IMG/VR virus record: IMGVR_UViG_3300007770_000006
DNA from: an uncultured virus (IMG/VR IMGVR_UViG_3300007770_000006)
Lineage: Duplodnaviria; Heunggongvirae; Uroviricota; Caudoviricetes
DNA length: 20,000 nucleotides
Direction: 5' to 3' (one strand)
Shown here: one piece after another, positions 17,863-20,000 of the stretch
How positions within the stretch are numbered: position 1 is the stretch's first letter
How the letters are laid out: each line of letters opens with the position of its first letter
Notes under the pieces: generated by a model
What the model saw: the letters and a program-made list of their open reading frames with translations, nothing else
Databases searched by the model: none
What the model was told of the DNA's origin: nothing
Position numbers and translations under genes: made by a program

Positions 17863-18407
17863 TTGAATCCCTCGGATTCGAGTCTCTGAATCATCGCGCT
17901 TTGTGCAGACTCGCTGTCGACCTCGACGAGCACTCGGAATTGCAGACTCGCGCCGCCGCCCGACGCAGACTCGCCGGGATCGTCGATCTGCCCATCCAGC
18001 GCGCGCAGATACTCGCCCATCTCGTCTTCCCAGCCGGTCGCCGCGATCAGCTCTGCATCGCAGTCGCGCAGAGCTACGAATGTTTCCTCCAGCAGATCGC
18101 CGTCCCACTCGGCAATCTCGCCAAGTTTGTTGTCGGCGAGAGCGAGCGCCCGGAACTGCGCGTCCGTCAGATCCATGAATCGAACAGGCACCCGCTCAAG
18201 CCCGAGGCGGCGCGCCGCCGTCCAGCGCGTGTGACCGGCGATGATCGTTCCGTCTGTGCGGGCGACGATCGGCGACGCGAACCCGAATTGGGCGATGCTC
18301 TGCGCGACCGGCTCGACGGCGTCATCGTTGATCCGCGGGTTGTCCTCCCACGGGCGTAGCTCGTCCGGGTGAACATAGACGGCGGCGGCTTCGCGCTGCC
18401 GAGTCAT
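17841..18407 (-). CDS. ParB/Srx N-terminal domain protein (phage type)
   Basis: LRPWEDNPR, SIAQFGFASPI, IIAGHTR and LADNK. ATG 18407 is coupled to the upstream TGA. No methyltransferase domain is attached. Confidence 0.85.
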   Translation of the reverse strand: MTRQREAAAVYVHPDELRPWEDNPRINDDAVEPVAQSIAQFGFASPIVARTDGTIIAGHTRWTAARRLGLERVPVRFMDLTDAQFRALALADNKLGEIAEWDGDLLEETFVALRDCDAELIAATGWEDEMGEYLRALDGQIDDPGESASGGGASLQFRVLVEVDSESAQSAMIQRLESEGFKCQPLMS

Positions 18408-18748
18408 CGCCGCCGCCGGGTCGCAGACACTGCGCCGTCCACGGGCGTTCGCTCGGGCCGTGGCTGCAGACTGATCAGAGTCAGCGTCTGGTAGACGTGA
18501 CCGTTCCCCGACCGCCACACGCGCTGCCGAAAGCCGACGCCGTCGAGCTGCACGCGGCCCGACAGCGACTGCGACGCGATGTCGAGCAGCTGCTGCAGAG
18601 TCTTGCGATCGAGCAGCATTCGCACGTCCTGCCCAGACAGCGGGCCGCCGATCGTGTTCTCGCCGATCTTTGCGTCAAGGCCCGCGCGCGGGCCAGCGGC
18701 CGAGCCGTGCTCGACAATTGCGCCCGGCGGGCGGAACAGATCAGCCAT
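18404..18748 (-). CDS. Hypothetical protein (114 aa)
   Basis: ATG 18748 with a GGGAG RBS overlaps the end of terS. The stop is coupled to the ParB start. Confidence 0.55.
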   Translation of the reverse strand: MADLFRPPGAIVEHGSAAGPRAGLDAKIGENTIGGPLSGQDVRMLLDRKTLQQLLDIASQSLSGRVQLDGVGFRQRVWRSGNGHVYQTLTLISLQPRPERTPVDGAVSATRRRR

Positions 18749-19898
18749 CGTCACTCCCAACGTCGACGACTCGCGCCGGGATCGCGCGCAGAATCGCCTG
18801 GATCTCGTCTGTCTCGACGCGCATCGCGTCGAGCAACGCTGGGCCGCCCCGCTCGCGAGCGTCACGCATTCGCGTCGACTCGACGACTGCCACTCTGTGC
18901 TCGTGCGTGTGTGTCGACTGAACGGCGATCTGCTCAGTCGGCAGCCCGGTGATCAGCGCCCGGGCTTTCAGCAGTGCAGGGATATCGCTAACCTTTACGT
19001 CGATCTTGCCCGACGCGACGCGCTTTGCAATCAGTCCGAGCGTGCCGTCGATCAGCTGAATCTGGCGCCGTATGTCTGCCGGCCGTAGATGATTTCGCAG
19101 CGTCGACTCGTGCAGCGTCGCCATGTACCGGTTCGGGTTCATGGTCGATAGCTCAGAATCTGACAGCGGTGTGCGGAACACCGCGCTGGGATCTGACGCG
19201 CCGGGATCGCGCGGCCCGCTGCGCCCGGGAGGTGGCGGCGCGTCAGCGGGTGCTGGCGGCGTCCCGGGCCGTTCCGGGTGCTCTGACATAGGGGCGGGGT
19301 CTGCGCCCTGCCCAGCGGCGCGCTGAGCCGTCATATGCGGCCCGTCTGCTCGCGGCGTTCCGGGCTTGTCTGTCGGCACGATGTCGTGGGTCGGTGGGCC
19401 GGCGGGCAGCCCCTGCCGCTGTGCTGCGACCGCGTGCCGCAGCCGGGCCGACCCGGTGTCGGCCAGCACGACATCGAGAGCGAGTCTTAGCGCGGGCGTC
19501 GTGATCACCTCGTGATCGTGCAGATCCATCAGCTGACGAAACGCGGCGAGCGCAACCCAGTCCGGATCGGCGACGCAGACTCGGCGTCGCTCCCACCCGT
19601 GCTTTCTGCGCCAGTAGCGCATCGTCCCATCGCTGATCGACATCGCGACCGCGATTCGCCTGATGCTGCGCCGGGCCTGCATACAGTAGAGCAGAAACGC
19701 AGCATAAGCCCGATCCGACTCTTTCTCGCGCGGCCGCATCGGCTCGGCGAACCGGCCGAACACCTCGCGATTCTGCGAGCTGTCGATCGTCGGCACAGAC
19801 AGAGCGACCCGCCGAGCTGCGCGGCGCGGTGCCGACTCGCTGCTACCCTCTGACGCGGCCGACGATCCCGGCTGCGTCGACTCGTTCGGCGCATTCAT
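18741..19898 (-). CDS. Probable terminase small subunit (N-terminal HTH, long Pro-rich insert)
   Basis: ESDRAYAAFLLY...RSIRRIAVAMSISDGTMRYWRRKHGW forms an HTH. Helical oligomerisation-like C-terminus. Heads the packaging operon. Confidence 0.6.
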   Translation of the reverse strand: MNAPNESTQPGSSAASEGSSESAPRRAARRVALSVPTIDSSQNREVFGRFAEPMRPREKESDRAYAAFLLYCMQARRSIRRIAVAMSISDGTMRYWRRKHGWERRRVCVADPDWVALAAFRQLMDLHDHEVITTPALRLALDVVLADTGSARLRHAVAAQRQGLPAGPPTHDIVPTDKPGTPRADGPHMTAQRAAGQGADPAPMSEHPERPGTPPAPADAPPPPGRSGPRDPGASDPSAVFRTPLSDSELSTMNPNRYMATLHESTLRNHLRPADIRRQIQLIDGTLGLIAKRVASGKIDVKVSDIPALLKARALITGLPTEQIAVQSTHTHEHRVAVVESTRMRDARERGGPALLDAMRVETDEIQAILRAIPARVVDVGSDDG

Positions 19899-19904
19899 GT
19901 CTCG

Positions 19905-19913
19905 ACTGTAGCA
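19905..19913 (-). promoter_or_regulatory. Putative extended -10 (TGCTACAGT) for a leaderless terS transcript
   Basis: TACAGT ends 6 nt before ATG 19898 and no convincing SD sequence is present. Confidence 0.45.
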
Positions 19914-20000
19914 GCTCGACGCCGTCTGCGCCACGCTCACTGCTATAGCTGCTATAGCAGTCATAGCAGCACAAACGCCGACACGCCCGCAGCTGCGGGC

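Larger units (their letters stand above)
150..19582. repeat. Dispersed octamer GCAGACTC/GAGTCTGC (at least 27 exact copies)
   Basis: Hand-located copies. GCAGACTC at 150, 2459, 2497, 2858, 6420, 7660, 8274, 9277, 10739, 11360, 11780, 12023, 12110, 14555, 14753, 17459, 17905, 17942, 17965, 19575. GAGTCTGC at 2473, 3147, 7179, 12668, 14731, 16598, 17470. Confidence 0.85.

Noticed and set aside
150..19582. CRISPR array or transposon ends as the source of the repeats
   Set aside because: The repeats are only 8 bp, irregularly spaced and mostly intragenic. No cas or transposase genes are present.

Overview
The window is a continuous minus-strand virion morphogenesis module of a high-GC (about two-thirds GC by eye) tailed phage or prophage. 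It is probably a siphovirus, since a tail tube is present and no sheath is seen. In transcription order (right to left) it encodes: terminase small subunit, hypothetical, ParB-like protein, ABC-ATPase/GNAT fusion, GpA-type terminase large subunit, hypothetical, portal-MuF fusion, prohead protease/scaffold, major capsid, winged-HTH protein, head-tail adaptor, small hypothetical, dTDP-glucose 4,6-dehydratase, hypothetical, sulfotransferase-like protein, head-closure protein, a 977-aa triple-GT2+TPR glycosyltransferase, neck protein, tail terminator, two Com-like zinc ribbons, tail tube and the start of a probable tail chaperone. Four things stand out. (1) A sugar-synthesis/glycosylation/sulfation cassette is interleaved and translationally coupled with the neck genes, suggesting virion glyco-sulfo decoration. 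(2) The octamer GCAGACTC/GAGTCTGC occurs at least 27 times by hand count, in several reading frames. (3) A ParB + ABC-GNAT (Mom-like) pair sits between the terminase subunits, with Com-like genes downstream. (4) An extended -10-like motif recurs in most intergenic gaps. All product calls come from motif recognition and synteny, not database searches.
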